Positions 1-10,880 of a DNA stretch of 54,890 nucleotides are shown one piece after another. The stretch's first letter is position 1; the number at the start of each line of letters is the position of its first letter. Where the stretch lies: NCBI GenBank assembly GCA_900299205.1, contig OMIW01000142.1, forward strand, positions 1 through 54,890. The letters run 5' to 3'. This DNA comes from Pseudomonadota bacterium (GTDB taxonomy: Bacteria > Bdellovibrionota_C > UBA2361 > OMIW01). The notes under the pieces were generated by a model, which did not search any database, had not been told where the DNA came from, and saw only the letters and a program-made list of their open reading frames with translations. A program made the position numbers and the translations under genes.

Positions 1-83
1 ACCCTGGATTCAACTATACGCACCGGATTACCTCAGCACGTTCGGGACTTTCACCCGTGAGACTCGCGCCCTACCGGGCGCAC
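1..83 (-). mobile_element. 5' end of a group II intron (IIC-like domain I), running off the window edge
   Basis: Reverse complement reads GTGCGCCCGGTAGGGCGCGAGTCTCACGGGTGAAAGTCCCGAAC...: canonical GUGCG 5' boundary plus the GGGTGAAAGTCCCGAAC element I recall from IIC intron domain I. The recognisable host reading frame starts at the adjacent base 84. Confidence 0.75.
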
Positions 84-860
84 AATGAAGAGGAGCTCTG
101 CTTTTTGAAAGCATGGCTCGATGACAACGAAAGATACGCCGAACGGCATCCTTTCAACGAGCTGTATCCTATCGTCGAGCGCGCTGTCGCCGATGGTGTG
201 ATCACTGACGAGGAGTGGTCTGATATATCGTGGCTTTGCAATCGCCTTCTTTCGACGGAATACTTTGATGCCACGACTGCAGATATGCAAAAACTCCATG
301 CCATCCTTGCAGGCATTGGATCAGACGGCCAAATTCAGGTAGGTGAGCTCATGGGCCTGTCTACCTGGTTAAGCGACCATGAGCACTTAAAAAGGTGTTG
401 GACGTACGATGAAGTTGAGGGGCTGGTTTACCAAGTTCTGGCTGATAAGCGGATTGATCCCGATGAGCATAAGTTCCTGATGACGTTTTTTGATGGGTTC
501 GTCTCAATCTTTGATAATAAGACGATTATCAATCCGGTACTGATCAAAGAGGGAAATATCGTTGGAGTATGCTCGATCTGTCCCGAGATATCTTTTGCTG
601 ACTCCGTCTTTTGTCTTACTGGCGAATCGCATAAGTACACGAGAGCGCAATTTGAAGAGCAGATCGTGCGGCGTGGTGGTACGACAGTGAAAGGAGCATC
701 CTAAAAGGTGAACTATCTCATCGTCGGGGCAGACGGGAACCCCTGTTGGGCGTATGCGTGCTACGGCCGAAAAGTTGAGAAGGCTGTCGAGTTGCGAAAA
801 GCCGGCCACCCGCTCATGATCGTCCATGAAAATGATTTCCATGATGCGGTCGCTGATTAG
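84..860 (+). pseudogene. TerB-like helical repeat + C-terminal BRCT domain protein, cut at the 5' end by the intron and interrupted by in-frame TAA at 702-704
   Basis: BRCT start (FCLTGES...FEEQIVRRGG) precedes the TAA; the same frame continues KVNYLIVGADGNPCWAYACYGRKVEKAVELRKAGHPLMIVHENDFHDAVAD to TAG at 858-860. Confidence 0.8.
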
Positions 861-913
861 GCGGCGTCTGCTCAGAGAAATTTGGATTCAAGTTGAGACA
901 GGGGCGATAGTTA

Positions 914-2104
914 CTACTGAAGTGAATCTCTCCTCTTCTTTTCAGCTTTTAAATCGTCGAAATACCCCTCAGATCCGAGCAGTTTCGCTAGTACTTTGAG
1001 ATTTCGAAGCTCCTCAGCCTCCAGCCGGGTATCCTCTAGTGCCATCTCTAGGGCCCTGTCGAGAAATGATTTGTTTAGTTCTCTCACCCTTTGCGCCGAT
1101 AGGCCAACCTCAATAGCAAGTTTTGCAAGATTCGCTGCCTCTTCTCTCTGGAGTTTTCGGTCCGCCAGGACATCTGTAAGCATATCCATGTAGGCTGCCT
1201 CACTTTGACTATCCAGTTGCAGGGAAGACATCGGAAGAAGCCGGATCACATTTGCCATGTATCCCTCAGTCCCTTTCAGGATTCTGGGTCGGCGAATTAG
1301 CAAACGAGGACGGTCTGTTTTGGCAGATTCCTGGACCAAAGGCATTTGCGGGACAGACAGACCACGCCTCCTCCGAAGATTCAAGAACAGTTTCGCCGTG
1401 GCGATAGCATCGGGCTCTGCTTCATGTGGTCCTGTCATGCCTATGCCGAGATAATCGCAGACCGTTCCTAGTTTGTGGTTTGGAATGTCTAGGCATATTC
1501 GGGCAAGGGAAAGAGTATCTACTGCGCAGAAGAGATTAAGGGGGAGACCAGCGCGCTGCGCTGCATGATAGAGAAATACCTCCTCAAATGGAGCATTATG
1601 ACTCACGACAAGTCTGCCACTCAGAAGGTGCAGTACATATGGCAGCACATCCTCCATTCCTGGGGCATCTTTCACATCTTCGTCTGAAATTCCATGATAA
1701 ACTGAGTTGGATATCGGAATGCCTGGTTTAATCAGTGAGGAAAATGTCTCCTCATGTTTGCCATCGGCGGAGAAGAGCACGACTGAAATCTCAACGATTT
1801 TATGTTTATGGAAAGGCTTAATACCTGTCGTTTCAAAATGAATTACTGCAAATGGGAGACTATTAACTGAAACGCTTCCCTCTTCACTCGCATAAAGAAA
1901 TACGTTTCTTTCGAAACCTCTCAACTGCCAGTCCTCGGGACCGCGATAGATCCCAAAGGGGCGGGTGGTTCGGTAGCGTCTTTGATTTGGAGAATTTTTT
2001 TCGGCCGGCTCCGATGCCAACGATGATTTCGAGAGTGATGCAGTAAAAATTTTCCAAAGCAAGACCAAAATAAAAATCCAGCCAGTAAGAAGCACTATTT
2101 CCAT
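914..2104 (-). CDS. DEDDh (DnaQ-like) 3'-5' exonuclease-domain protein with N-terminal TM helix and C-terminal TerB-like helical domain; active site atypical
   Basis: Motifs IHFETTG (ExoI), SHNAPFE (ExoII), HEAEPDA (ExoIII); hydrophobic N-terminus; C-terminal VLADRKL..EE...L repeats. Confidence 0.8.
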   Translation of the reverse strand: MEIVLLTGWIFILVLLWKIFTASLSKSSLASEPAEKNSPNQRRYRTTRPFGIYRGPEDWQLRGFERNVFLYASEEGSVSVNSLPFAVIHFETTGIKPFHKHKIVEISVVLFSADGKHEETFSSLIKPGIPISNSVYHGISDEDVKDAPGMEDVLPYVLHLLSGRLVVSHNAPFEEVFLYHAAQRAGLPLNLFCAVDTLSLARICLDIPNHKLGTVCDYLGIGMTGPHEAEPDAIATAKLFLNLRRRRGLSVPQMPLVQESAKTDRPRLLIRRPRILKGTEGYMANVIRLLPMSSLQLDSQSEAAYMDMLTDVLADRKLQREEAANLAKLAIEVGLSAQRVRELNKSFLDRALEMALEDTRLEAEELRNLKVLAKLLGSEGYFDDLKAEKKRRDSLQ

Positions 2105-3434
2105 ACCGAATCCGTCCGTTTTTTGGAAAGGTCGACCGAAACATGTCAGACATTAGAGCCATAACCCGTTGTTGATGCTCGCTCAGACAAGCTTAGCTTC
2201 CCAATCTGGCGTTGGCGATTTTGAGAGAAAGGGGCATATATCGTTGATTTTAAATTGTCAAAAAACATGTAACAGAGGAATACGTCTCTGTTGGTGAGAA
2301 TGATCTGATTATGCTTTCCGGTCGAGAGGAGACGGGCGATCCTTCGAAAGCGCCGTTGCGTGACGAGAGCCCCCTGATTCAGCGGACTGCGGAATCTGCG
2401 CAGGTGGAGCTCATGACTAGGTTCGAGGGTCGTTTTCGTGAAGATCGAAGAGCCTCGGTGGTGAGCGACGGCCAGCCGTCTTTCGCGATTGCTCATAGGT
2501 TCGTAGGTCGTGGTCTACCCCACAGATACGATGACATCGGTTGAGATGAAAAGGCAGAATTGGGTCCCTTTTTCTGCCTCATTGTTGTCCCGATATCGCT
2601 CTAGGTAGCCTGATCGAGCTCGAGGCACTCTCTTTCCCCGCTACTCGGTCACGTTGTTTCGGCTCCTTCCTCCCCCAGCGATTCGTCATTTTCTGCCTCC
2701 GGATAATCGTACCATCCTCGTGCGGACCAGACATCCACCTTGAGAACGAAGATATCCAATTCGTTGATGACGCGGTGCTTACTGCTGAAGTCCGACTACT
2801 CTCCCTCGACATAAGTCAAGCAATTGAGCTGATACGCGTCTGGCTCAGCTTATATCCTGCAACCCTCTGCTCGCGGAACATCTCAAAGTTAGCCTTGGTC
2901 GTCGGCCCCCGCGATTAGAAACCCTCCCTCCCGTATCCACCAGAATTCGCCATGGCTTCTCAAGGTCATGGAGAAAAAATATGAGCAAGGCATTCGACAG
3001 CGAGAAGGGAAAGGGTCGCCGAAATGGCTCATAAAAGTGGTATAAGTCTCAGGCGTAATTCATGCCATCAGTGACATGATTGAGGTAACCCCGTTCCAAG
3101 TTTAGTGATTGTATATGGAGCCCCGCGCAGACTCAAAGAGTTGGCGGTTGTCGGCAAGGATCGCTCGACAGGCACCCCGATGGGGTTCATCTACGAAATC
3201 GATGAGTCCATCAATTCCAATATAGTCGAGGGTGAGCGAGAAGCTTCGCATAAAAATCATTTTCTTTGGGGTCTGGGTACCATTTACTAAGGAAAAATTG
3301 AAGCACAGAGGAGGAACGCCATCCCTCCAGATTAAGCAATCCGGCCTCTAAGATGCGAAAAAGCTATCTTTACCCATAATTGATATAAACAGAGGAAAGC
3401 GGTCTCGCTTTCACTTTGAAAATACAAGACCCAC

Positions 3435-4721
3435 ATGCCTATCCCCGTTCACCCACTTGCCACTACCTCTGCCCCGGTGACTAGTGATCCCCGATTACCA
3501 GGACAAGGTTCAGTTCCCGCTCAGCTTGCTCACGAACGCACCGCCTCAGCACTGACTTTGGAGGCTTTCAATGGTTCGTTAAATCGGCCTAGCCCTCTAG
3601 GTGGAACGGAAACTAAATTGCCTATACGGCTACACAATAACGATGGGACTGTCCTATCGCTTGCGCCCGGGGAAAATCAGCCTGATGTCGTTTCGTTATC
3701 TCTTTGGAATCTACGGACCCAAACTTTCGTCCACGGCGAGGTCAATACCAGGTCGGGCTTATTCAGGGGGGTTAGCGGTGCAGTGAGAGGGTTACCGATC
3801 GAGGCTGACAGCTCACTGGAATTCATCGTGTCAGCTTTACGGAGGAGCTCCCTTGTTCCCGAAAAGTCAGTTCCATTGCCCCGCTCTCTCCCCGACCCAA
3901 CACTCGCTCGCTATCCGGATCCGAACAGAGTAAACCCGGAGCATTACCTATACCAACAACCAATACCAGTTCCGAAAGAAAGCTGTCCAGAACGGTCGTG
4001 CGCGAGCGTGAGTCCGCATGAAGTGGCGCAGTCCCTCGCTCATAGGCCTGACTTTGATCCGCAGCGGGCGTTGAACGGTGAAACAAGAGAGCCCGATAAT
4101 TCGGACCTGGACAACCTCAGACTGGCAGGACGACTTTTGCAGCCTCCTACCGAGGCTCAAAAGATACTCACGCAACTCGAGTCTGCCGTCAGGGGTCCGA
4201 ATTTTAACCTTCTGATGGTAGATTCCCCCTATCCACACGCAGAATCGAGAGAGAACGGTTTTATCGTCCTCACGACCGGGTTCGCAAATCTCCTCGAAAG
4301 AAGATACCCCGATCCGGCAAAAAGGGTACAAGCGTGGGCCACTGTTCTTGCTCATGAAATGGCCCACGATCTCTCGGATCACGGGCTACGCCTGAGGGAT
4401 TTCCCTTCCTCATTAAAATCGGACCGTTCGGCATTTGTGGACCAGTTGGCAAAAGCCGCTCGTCAGAGGCAATTTGAGCTGGAGGCTGATCGAGTGGGCA
4501 ACGGTATTGCGATCAGCGCCGGTCTTAACCCCCTCGATCCCGTCGAATTGCGTGACCTCCTCGAAACGATGAGAGCTGCGGGAAAAAGTTTTCCTCCAGG
4601 TCTCGATCCAGTTTTTCTGCGGTATTCCGGAGCCGATCCACAATCCGTGGCGCGGGATTATTCAGCTTCGCACCCCCTCCCCGATACTCGAAGGAAAGCC
4701 CTTGAAACAGGTCGGAAATAG
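3435..4721 (+). CDS. M48-family zinc metallopeptidase
   Basis: LAHEMAH (HExxH), ELEAD third ligand motif, C-terminal SHP...R motif. Confidence 0.8.
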   Translation: MPIPVHPLATTSAPVTSDPRLPGQGSVPAQLAHERTASALTLEAFNGSLNRPSPLGGTETKLPIRLHNNDGTVLSLAPGENQPDVVSLSLWNLRTQTFVHGEVNTRSGLFRGVSGAVRGLPIEADSSLEFIVSALRRSSLVPEKSVPLPRSLPDPTLARYPDPNRVNPEHYLYQQPIPVPKESCPERSCASVSPHEVAQSLAHRPDFDPQRALNGETREPDNSDLDNLRLAGRLLQPPTEAQKILTQLESAVRGPNFNLLMVDSPYPHAESRENGFIVLTTGFANLLERRYPDPAKRVQAWATVLAHEMAHDLSDHGLRLRDFPSSLKSDRSAFVDQLAKAARQRQFELEADRVGNGIAISAGLNPLDPVELRDLLETMRAAGKSFPPGLDPVFLRYSGADPQSVARDYSASHPLPDTRRKALETGRK

Positions 4722-4807
4722 GCTGAGTCCTGAGTTTTTAGTCCTTAATGGTAAAAAGGCTCTCTAATAACCCAATAAAGCGCCAAAAGTTCTTATCTCG
4801 CCCACAA

Positions 4808-5545
4808 TCACCGCCTTTCTCCTTGTCGCCAATCAACAGCCTCTTCCACAAAAACCCTAAAAAGCTCTCGGAATCGAGGTTCGATGTCGCCGTACAGCGT
4901 TTCGGGATGGCACTGAACCCCCAAGACAAAGTGCCCTTCCGCCGTTCCCTCGACCCCTTCAATGAGACCGTCTGGTGCGAAGGCAACACTGCGTAGCCCC
5001 TCTCCCAGCACTTTGACCGCCTGATGATGGAGCGAATTTACTTTGATCGTTCCGACGGAGAGGATCTCACGAAGCCGCGCACCCTCAAGGATCGAGACCG
5101 GATGAACTAACTCGCACCAATCACCCTCATTGTGCACCATACCAGCCCCTCGCTGTGTCGAAAGATCCTGATAGAGCGTTCCCCCATAGGCGACATTAAG
5201 AAGCTGGGCACCTCGACACACACCGAGAATCGGCTTTTTGTCGCGACGGGCCCATTGAATGAGAGTGAGCTCAACCTCATCTTTTCCCGAATGATGAGCT
5301 CCACACTCCGCAAGACGCGCCTCGCCATACCGATTCGGGTCGATATCGTCGCCACCCGGCAGAAACACCCCATCGGCAAGTTCATAGTACCGGGCCAACT
5401 GTTCGTAATCTGGAACGGGAGGGACCGCAATCGGAACAGCCCCCGCTGCCATCATGCACGAGAGGTACGTTGAATGGTCACCCCATATCGGTGGACCATC
5501 AGGAGCGGGACGCTCTGCGAGAGTGACGGTAATCAGAGGTTTCAT
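4808..5545 (-). CDS. Gamma-glutamyl-gamma-aminobutyrate hydrolase family (peptidase C26, class I glutamine amidotransferase)
   Basis: LPGGDDIDP, GVCRGAQLLNV, VNSLHHQAV, GVQCHPE motifs. Confidence 0.9.
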   Translation of the reverse strand: MKPLITVTLAERPAPDGPPIWGDHSTYLSCMMAAGAVPIAVPPVPDYEQLARYYELADGVFLPGGDDIDPNRYGEARLAECGAHHSGKDEVELTLIQWARRDKKPILGVCRGAQLLNVAYGGTLYQDLSTQRGAGMVHNEGDWCELVHPVSILEGARLREILSVGTIKVNSLHHQAVKVLGEGLRSVAFAPDGLIEGVEGTAEGHFVLGVQCHPETLYGDIEPRFRELFRVFVEEAVDWRQGERR

Positions 5546-5640
5546 GAAGGTCCTTCCGACTTAATCAATCAAGCAGAGATGAATTTAAGCACCGCAACAC
5601 AGCAGAGCAATCAAATACTTCTACAATGCTTCTCAAATGG

Positions 5641-6108
5641 TCAGTCAGCGAGTACTACGTCTGGGATTCTCGGTAATTGTGACGTCGCAGTCAGTGATTG
5701 ATCTGATGGAAGGGTCGTCCCGATTCGGGTGAGTTTTTTGTCCCAAGCACTCTGCCGTTGGTCGAGAATACTGAATGGGCTTGAATGTTCGAATGTTAAC
5801 TCGCGCAATCGATGCAGCCCGGAAATGCTTGAAAAATCAATTTTAGGGAGAGAAACTCCTTCATCAAGAATTATTTTGACGTTGGGATTCGCTCCTTTGA
5901 GGGAGGTTCCATCCACGGAGCTACCGTCGTGCATAATTTTCCAGAGACCTGAAGTAATGTATCGTTCGAGTTTTCCAGAATCTGCATCCTCCGCCTGCTG
6001 ATTAATTATTTCCCTCAATAACTCTCTTCCTCTTGGTCCGTCCAGCGGACATGTCGTTGATAGATTCAATGTTAATAAGTTTTCTGCCGGATCATAAGTC
6101 GGTCTCAT
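5641..6108 (-). CDS. Hypothetical protein
   Basis: Open frame; ATG at 6108 preceded by AAGGAGAG Shine-Dalgarno; no recognised motif. Confidence 0.55.
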   Translation of the reverse strand: MRPTYDPAENLLTLNLSTTCPLDGPRGRELLREIINQQAEDADSGKLERYITSGLWKIMHDGSSVDGTSLKGANPNVKIILDEGVSLPKIDFSSISGLHRLRELTFEHSSPFSILDQRQSAWDKKLTRIGTTLPSDQSLTATSQLPRIPDVVLAD

Positions 6109-6512
6109 AACACTCTCCTTTTCAAATAAGTATCCATTCGATCGAACTCGATGATTCGATCTCAGGATGAGCTTCACCACTACCAGATGATTCGGGGTAA
6201 TTACAAGTCTTGATTTGGAAGATTTAACTCATGAGCGTAGAGACTTAAGCTTCAGCTAGGTGACTTTAGACCCTCGCAGTGGCAGTTTAGTGTTTCACAC
6301 ACAACTTGGGTGCTGCATGCACGGACTAATCGCTGAACGCTCCTGAAGGGTCAGAATAATTTAATTGGTGCACGCGGACCTGGTCGCACCAATTTAGTTA
6401 TCAGACCCCAACAGACTCTGACCTATCCGGAGATACCAATGTGCAGTGAGAAGAGAGAAAGACTGAAAGCGACCTAAATCGACGGGGCCGAGCTTCGCGA
6501 AGAGTCGCGAGC

Positions 6513-7280
6513 TTAACCGTGTCCGCCCTCTCCAACAGCCCCCCAATCCACCCGTTCCCCGCCCTGCGCCACCAAAATCCGATTCGCCTGCGAAAAATGC
6601 CGACAGCCGAGGAACCCTCGGTGGGCCGACAACGGTGAGGGGTGAGGGGCGGTGAGGATGTGGTGTGTGTGGGTGGAAGTGGCAATGTGGGTTGCTTTCT
6701 TCTGCGCGTAGCTCCCCCACAGAAGAAAGACGACGCCAGTGCGATGAGTGACAACCGCCTCGATAACTTTGTCGGTAAAATGCTCCCAACCTTTGTTGGC
6801 GTGTGAACCTGGTTTTCCCTCTTCAACCGTCAGCACCGCATTGAGCAGCAACACTCCCTGATGAGCCCATGGGAGAAGACAGCCCGTTTGAGGCGTCGGA
6901 ACACCGACATCAGCTCTTAGCTCCTTAAAAATATTCTGAAGTGAGGGCGGAAAGGGCGTTCCAGGGCGCACCGAAAAACACAATCCGTGCGCCTGACCCG
7001 GACCGTGATACGGATCTTGTCCCAGAATAACCACCCGGACGGATGCGAGGGGGGTGTGGCGCAACGCCGAGAATACCTCAGAACACGGCGGATAAATGGG
7101 CTTTCCCGCTGATCGCTCAGTCGCAACAAATCGCTGAAGATTCTGGAAATACTCTTTCGAGCGTTCTTCATGAAGAACGTCACGCCAGGTGATGTCATGA
7201 CCGGAAATAACCTGTGATTCGAGCGGTGCTCCCATCGTTTCGTCGACGGATGATGCGGCTCCCCCGATTCCGTGTTCCAT
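6513..7280 (-). CDS. ung: Uracil-DNA glycosylase (family 1)
   Basis: [29 protein letters not shown] motifs; start taken at the ATG just after the thrS stop. Confidence 0.95.
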   Translation of the reverse strand: MEHGIGGAASSVDETMGAPLESQVISGHDITWRDVLHEERSKEYFQNLQRFVATERSAGKPIYPPCSEVFSALRHTPLASVRVVILGQDPYHGPGQAHGLCFSVRPGTPFPPSLQNIFKELRADVGVPTPQTGCLLPWAHQGVLLLNAVLTVEEGKPGSHANKGWEHFTDKVIEAVVTHRTGVVFLLWGSYAQKKATHIATSTHTHHILTAPHPSPLSAHRGFLGCRHFSQANRILVAQGGERVDWGAVGEGGHG

Positions 7281-7311
7281 ACCCGCCCCTGTTCGTAGTC
7301 TCGATCTGCCG

Positions 7312-9180
7312 CTACGAAGCGAAGCAATCCATCGCCCTCTCACTCCGAAGCTGCGCAAGGTAATCGACGAAATCCCCCCGCTTCATAACCCGCTGATCAG
7401 CCACACAATACCGTCGTAAAGTTACCGTCTCGGCATCACGCTCCTGCTTGCCGATGATGAGCATATTTGGAATTTTATGTGTCACTGCTTCGCGTATCTT
7501 TTTGTTAAAAGAATTGGATGAACGATCAACCGATACCCTAAATAGCTTATCACGAAGTTCTCGCTCAATACTCTCCGCATACTCAACGCATTCTTCAGCA
7601 ACAGGAATGAGCCGAACCTGTTCTGGAGCAAGCCAGGTCGGGAACGCTCCACCAAAATGCTCAATCAAAAACGCGACGAATCGTTCGTGAGTGCTCAATG
7701 GCGCTCGGTGTACGACGTACACAGGGTGCTCTTTGCCGTCATCACCTATGTAACTGAGCCCGAAATTGATCGCCTGACCGAAATCGAGCTGGGTTGTACT
7801 GAGTGTCTCCTCACGTCCAAGAAGAGTTGTCGCCTGAAAATCTATCTTGGGACCATAAAATGCTGCCTCTCCCTCGCCGATGAAATATTCGAGGCCCACA
7901 TCCGAAATAACCTCTCGAGCGACCCCTTCAGAAAATGCCCACAACTCGGGGTTATCGATGAATTTTGCCGTATTCTTCGGGTCATGGGTCGAGAGACGAA
8001 CTTTTATCCTCCCAAACCGCAAATGGCTATAATACGACAGAGCCATCTCAAAGGTAGATTTGAGCTCGTTATGTAGCTGTTCTGGTGTGCAGTAAATGTG
8101 TGCATCATTCATACACATTCCCCGCACTCGAAGAAGCCCCGCAAGCGTGCCCGAGGCTTCATACCGATAGACATTTCCATATTCGGCCAGTCGGAGTGGT
8201 AATTCACGATAACTCCGGGGTCGGTGGCGGAAGATAAGGTGATGGTGCGGACAGTTCATCCCCCGCAAATAATAGGCAGCCTCTCCCTCAAGGTGCATCG
8301 GTGGATAAAGTGAATCCTTGTAGTAAGGAAGGTGGCCAGAAGTGTGATACAGCTCTTCCTTCGCCATGATGGGAGTGACCACCCGCTGATACCCTGCTCG
8401 ATGCTCAACCTCTCGGGCGAACTTCTCAAGCTCGTCTCGAATAACCGCCCCATTCGGCAACCACAACGGCAGTCCCGGCCCGACTTCATCTGCAAACATG
8501 AAAAGCTCGAGCTCTTTACCAAGTTTGCGGTGATCTCGCTCTTCGGCAAGTTTGCGCCGCGCCCGATAGTCGTCAAGCTGCTCCTTGGATTCAAAGGCAA
8601 GACAATAGAGCCTTGTTAATTGGGGGTTCTTTTCATCCCCCCTCCAATACGCTCCTGCAACACTATCGAGAGCAAAGCAATCCTCTGGAATCGCTCCGGT
8701 ATCAACGACATGAGGCCCGGCGCACATGTCCTCGAACGGTCCGTTAACGTAAAACCCGATCGTTGTTTCACCCCGCTCCTTCAATTCCTGGGCATATTCA
8801 GCCTTGTAGTTGGCTCCATTCTCTGAGAGATACGCTATCGCTTCATCAATCGGACGCTCTGAACCGGAAAATATCTGTTTTTCACGGATAATCCGACGCA
8901 TACGCTTTTCAATATCTTTGAAATCATCCGATGAAATTGGAGATTCAAGATCAAAGTCGTAATAGCACCCCGTACTGATGGGGGGACCAAACGCAAGTTT
9001 TGCTTTCGGACGAACCTGAAGCACCGCCTGAGCAAGAACATGGGCAAGCGAATGGCGGATTCGGTAAAGGCTATCGTGGCCCGAATTCGTATCAGACGAG
9101 TGGGCGCAGTCTGAGGAACATTGCGAGGAGTTCACTTGCGAGGAGTTCATAGGTGGTCCAATTCGGAGTGTATCGGTCAA
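7312..9180 (-). CDS. thrS: Threonine--tRNA ligase (no N-terminal TGS domain evident)
   Basis: [49 protein letters not shown] motifs. Confidence 0.97.
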   Translation of the reverse strand: MTDTLRIGPPMNSSQVNSSQCSSDCAHSSDTNSGHDSLYRIRHSLAHVLAQAVLQVRPKAKLAFGPPISTGCYYDFDLESPISSDDFKDIEKRMRRIIREKQIFSGSERPIDEAIAYLSENGANYKAEYAQELKERGETTIGFYVNGPFEDMCAGPHVVDTGAIPEDCFALDSVAGAYWRGDEKNPQLTRLYCLAFESKEQLDDYRARRKLAEERDHRKLGKELELFMFADEVGPGLPLWLPNGAVIRDELEKFAREVEHRAGYQRVVTPIMAKEELYHTSGHLPYYKDSLYPPMHLEGEAAYYLRGMNCPHHHLIFRHRPRSYRELPLRLAEYGNVYRYEASGTLAGLLRVRGMCMNDAHIYCTPEQLHNELKSTFEMALSYYSHLRFGRIKVRLSTHDPKNTAKFIDNPELWAFSEGVAREVISDVGLEYFIGEGEAAFYGPKIDFQATTLLGREETLSTTQLDFGQAINFGLSYIGDDGKEHPVYVVHRAPLSTHERFVAFLIEHFGGAFPTWLAPEQVRLIPVAEECVEYAESIERELRDKLFRVSVDRSSNSFNKKIREAVTHKIPNMLIIGKQERDAETVTLRRYCVADQRVMKRGDFVDYLAQLRSERAMDCFAS

Positions 9181-9298
9181 TAGATGCTAATTCATCGCCT
9201 TAAATCAAGTCGGGGGAGTAGTTACCGACGGCGCATCTTCCGAAAATAACCGATCCGTTACACCCGGTAAAGCATTCCTCAGGATTGCTCCTCCTTCA

Positions 9299-10231
9299 TC
9301 ACCGATATCGCTCAGCCCCCCGTATTTCCTCTTCGATGTGACGGAATGATTCATACCGCGATCCCAAAACATCCCCCCTCTTCAGGGCTTCGCGCACTTC
9401 ACACGATGGCTCGGCGAGGTGTCGACAATCACGGAACCCACAATGCTCCGCATATCGGTAAAGGTCTGGGAAGTAGGTGATCAGCCCCTCGCTCGGGAGA
9501 TGAGTCAAACCAAAATGCTGCAACCCCGGGGTATCAGTGATAATACGAACAACTCCATCCCCCGTCACGACCGGCACTCCCATCGCTGCTGATGTTGTCT
9601 GTTTCCCCTGACCCGTTTTGCGACTCACCTCACCGACAGCTCGAAGCGCATCAGGAACAAGCCGATTAAGGAGGGAACTCTTGCCCACCCCGGAAATGCC
9701 ACAGAAAACCGCGTGTCGGACAGAGCCCCCAAAGATTGCATCCTCGACTGCCGACATTCCCTCTCCGGAGCGACAGCTCGTAAACAATAACTCGACACCA
9801 ATACGAGCGTAGGTATCGCGCACCTCTTCAGGCACTGCGTGAGGATCAATATCAATTTTGTTGCAAACGAGTAAGACCGGTATTCCTTCAGCTTGTGCTG
9901 CGACAATCGCTCGGTCGATCATGTGCCTATTAAAGAGAGGCTCAATCGCGGCGACCACGAACAGCTTATCAACGTTCGCCGCTAGCTGCTTCGTGCGTCC
10001 CTCATAGCTCCGCCTGAGCAACGAACGTCGCTCCTCCACTGAGGCGATAACGAGCTCATTGCGCTCGGACCGGATGACCACCTCATCGCCCACGCACGGT
10101 TCAGTCGTTCTCCCAACCAATGGAGCGGGGACGATTGTTCCCTCGCTCGTCCAGACGATAGCGCGCCTGCGAGAGCTTTGAAGAACCGTTCCCCTACCCT
10201 CTCCTTTCCTCATCGAACTCGGCCGAGACAT
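9299..10231 (-). CDS. rsgA: Ribosome small subunit-dependent GTPase A
   Basis: AANVD, NKID, GISGVGKSS, GKQTT, DTPG and C-terminal CGFRDCRHLAEPSC zinc finger. Confidence 0.95.
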   Translation of the reverse strand: MSRPSSMRKGEGRGTVLQSSRRRAIVWTSEGTIVPAPLVGRTTEPCVGDEVVIRSERNELVIASVEERRSLLRRSYEGRTKQLAANVDKLFVVAAIEPLFNRHMIDRAIVAAQAEGIPVLLVCNKIDIDPHAVPEEVRDTYARIGVELLFTSCRSGEGMSAVEDAIFGGSVRHAVFCGISGVGKSSLLNRLVPDALRAVGEVSRKTGQGKQTTSAAMGVPVVTGDGVVRIITDTPGLQHFGLTHLPSEGLITYFPDLYRYAEHCGFRDCRHLAEPSCEVREALKRGDVLGSRYESFRHIEEEIRGAERYR

Positions 10232-10440
10232 CTCTTCTTCTCGATAAAAAAGCCACATCAACTGTGGCAAATATCTTACAAATGGGCCCAACCCCCCTCT
10301 CGATCGGCGAAAATGCCCGACGGAGTTCCGTAAGAGCGGTGTCAGGTGTATACTAAAGGGAGGTAAGGGTTTAATCCAGCGCCATCCCGCTTGATTCGGG
10401 TGCGCTTCCCGCCCGATGTTTATCGTTTTGTGAACTCAAG

Positions 10441-10806
10441 ATGAAAAAGCTCGAAGAAGAATCACCAAGCAGCAATGGGGCCACCCGAAGGGAGCAAATG
10501 CTCCTCAAGGTTGCGTCAGCTCTCGTTTTCGCTCCTGGTTTTTTCCTCATATTGTTGGGTTTTTCTCTTTTTACTCTGCCAGAGGCTGTCACGAGCGTCC
10601 TCTCTTTGTTCTTAGTCTCCACCGGCGTGCTCGTCGTGAGGGGTACCGCTATTCTTACCCGGCTATACAGAAAATTCGAGGAAAGCCTTCGGGGTTCTGA
10701 AGGGAGAATGTTGATTCAAGGGGTGATAGTTCGGGGCAACCAAACCGAACAAGACCCCGCTCCGATCCAGCCAGAAGGGGAAGGTAAGAAGGACTGGCTT
10801 CACTAG
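10441..10806 (+). CDS. Small two-TM membrane protein, hypothetical
   Basis: Two hydrophobic segments followed by a soluble tail. Confidence 0.6.
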   Translation: MKKLEEESPSSNGATRREQMLLKVASALVFAPGFFLILLGFSLFTLPEAVTSVLSLFLVSTGVLVVRGTAILTRLYRKFEESLRGSEGRMLIQGVIVRGNQTEQDPAPIQPEGEGKKDWLH

Positions 10807-10880
10807 TCGGCAGATAATACTTAGGGACAATCGTGACACGCGAGGGTCGTCTTAAGACGAGGGCCCGTTCATTGCCGTCA

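Noticed and set aside
57-83. GTG start of the listed ORF 57..704
   Set aside because: These codons are antisense intron sequence, not the real N-terminus.
2146-3290. Short ORFs with faint RelE/YoeB-like words (HRVINELD, FIYEIDES)
   Set aside because: Similarity is too short and fragmented to support a toxin-antitoxin call; possibly decayed DNA.
6363-6394. AATTGGTGC...GCACCAATT inverted repeat
   Set aside because: Single 9-bp stem downstream of ung; may be a terminator or operator, but nothing further supports it.
9121-9150. 15-bp tandem near-duplication at the thrS 5' end (NSSQ repeated twice)
   Set aside because: In-frame slippage in a non-conserved N-terminal tail; no functional evidence.
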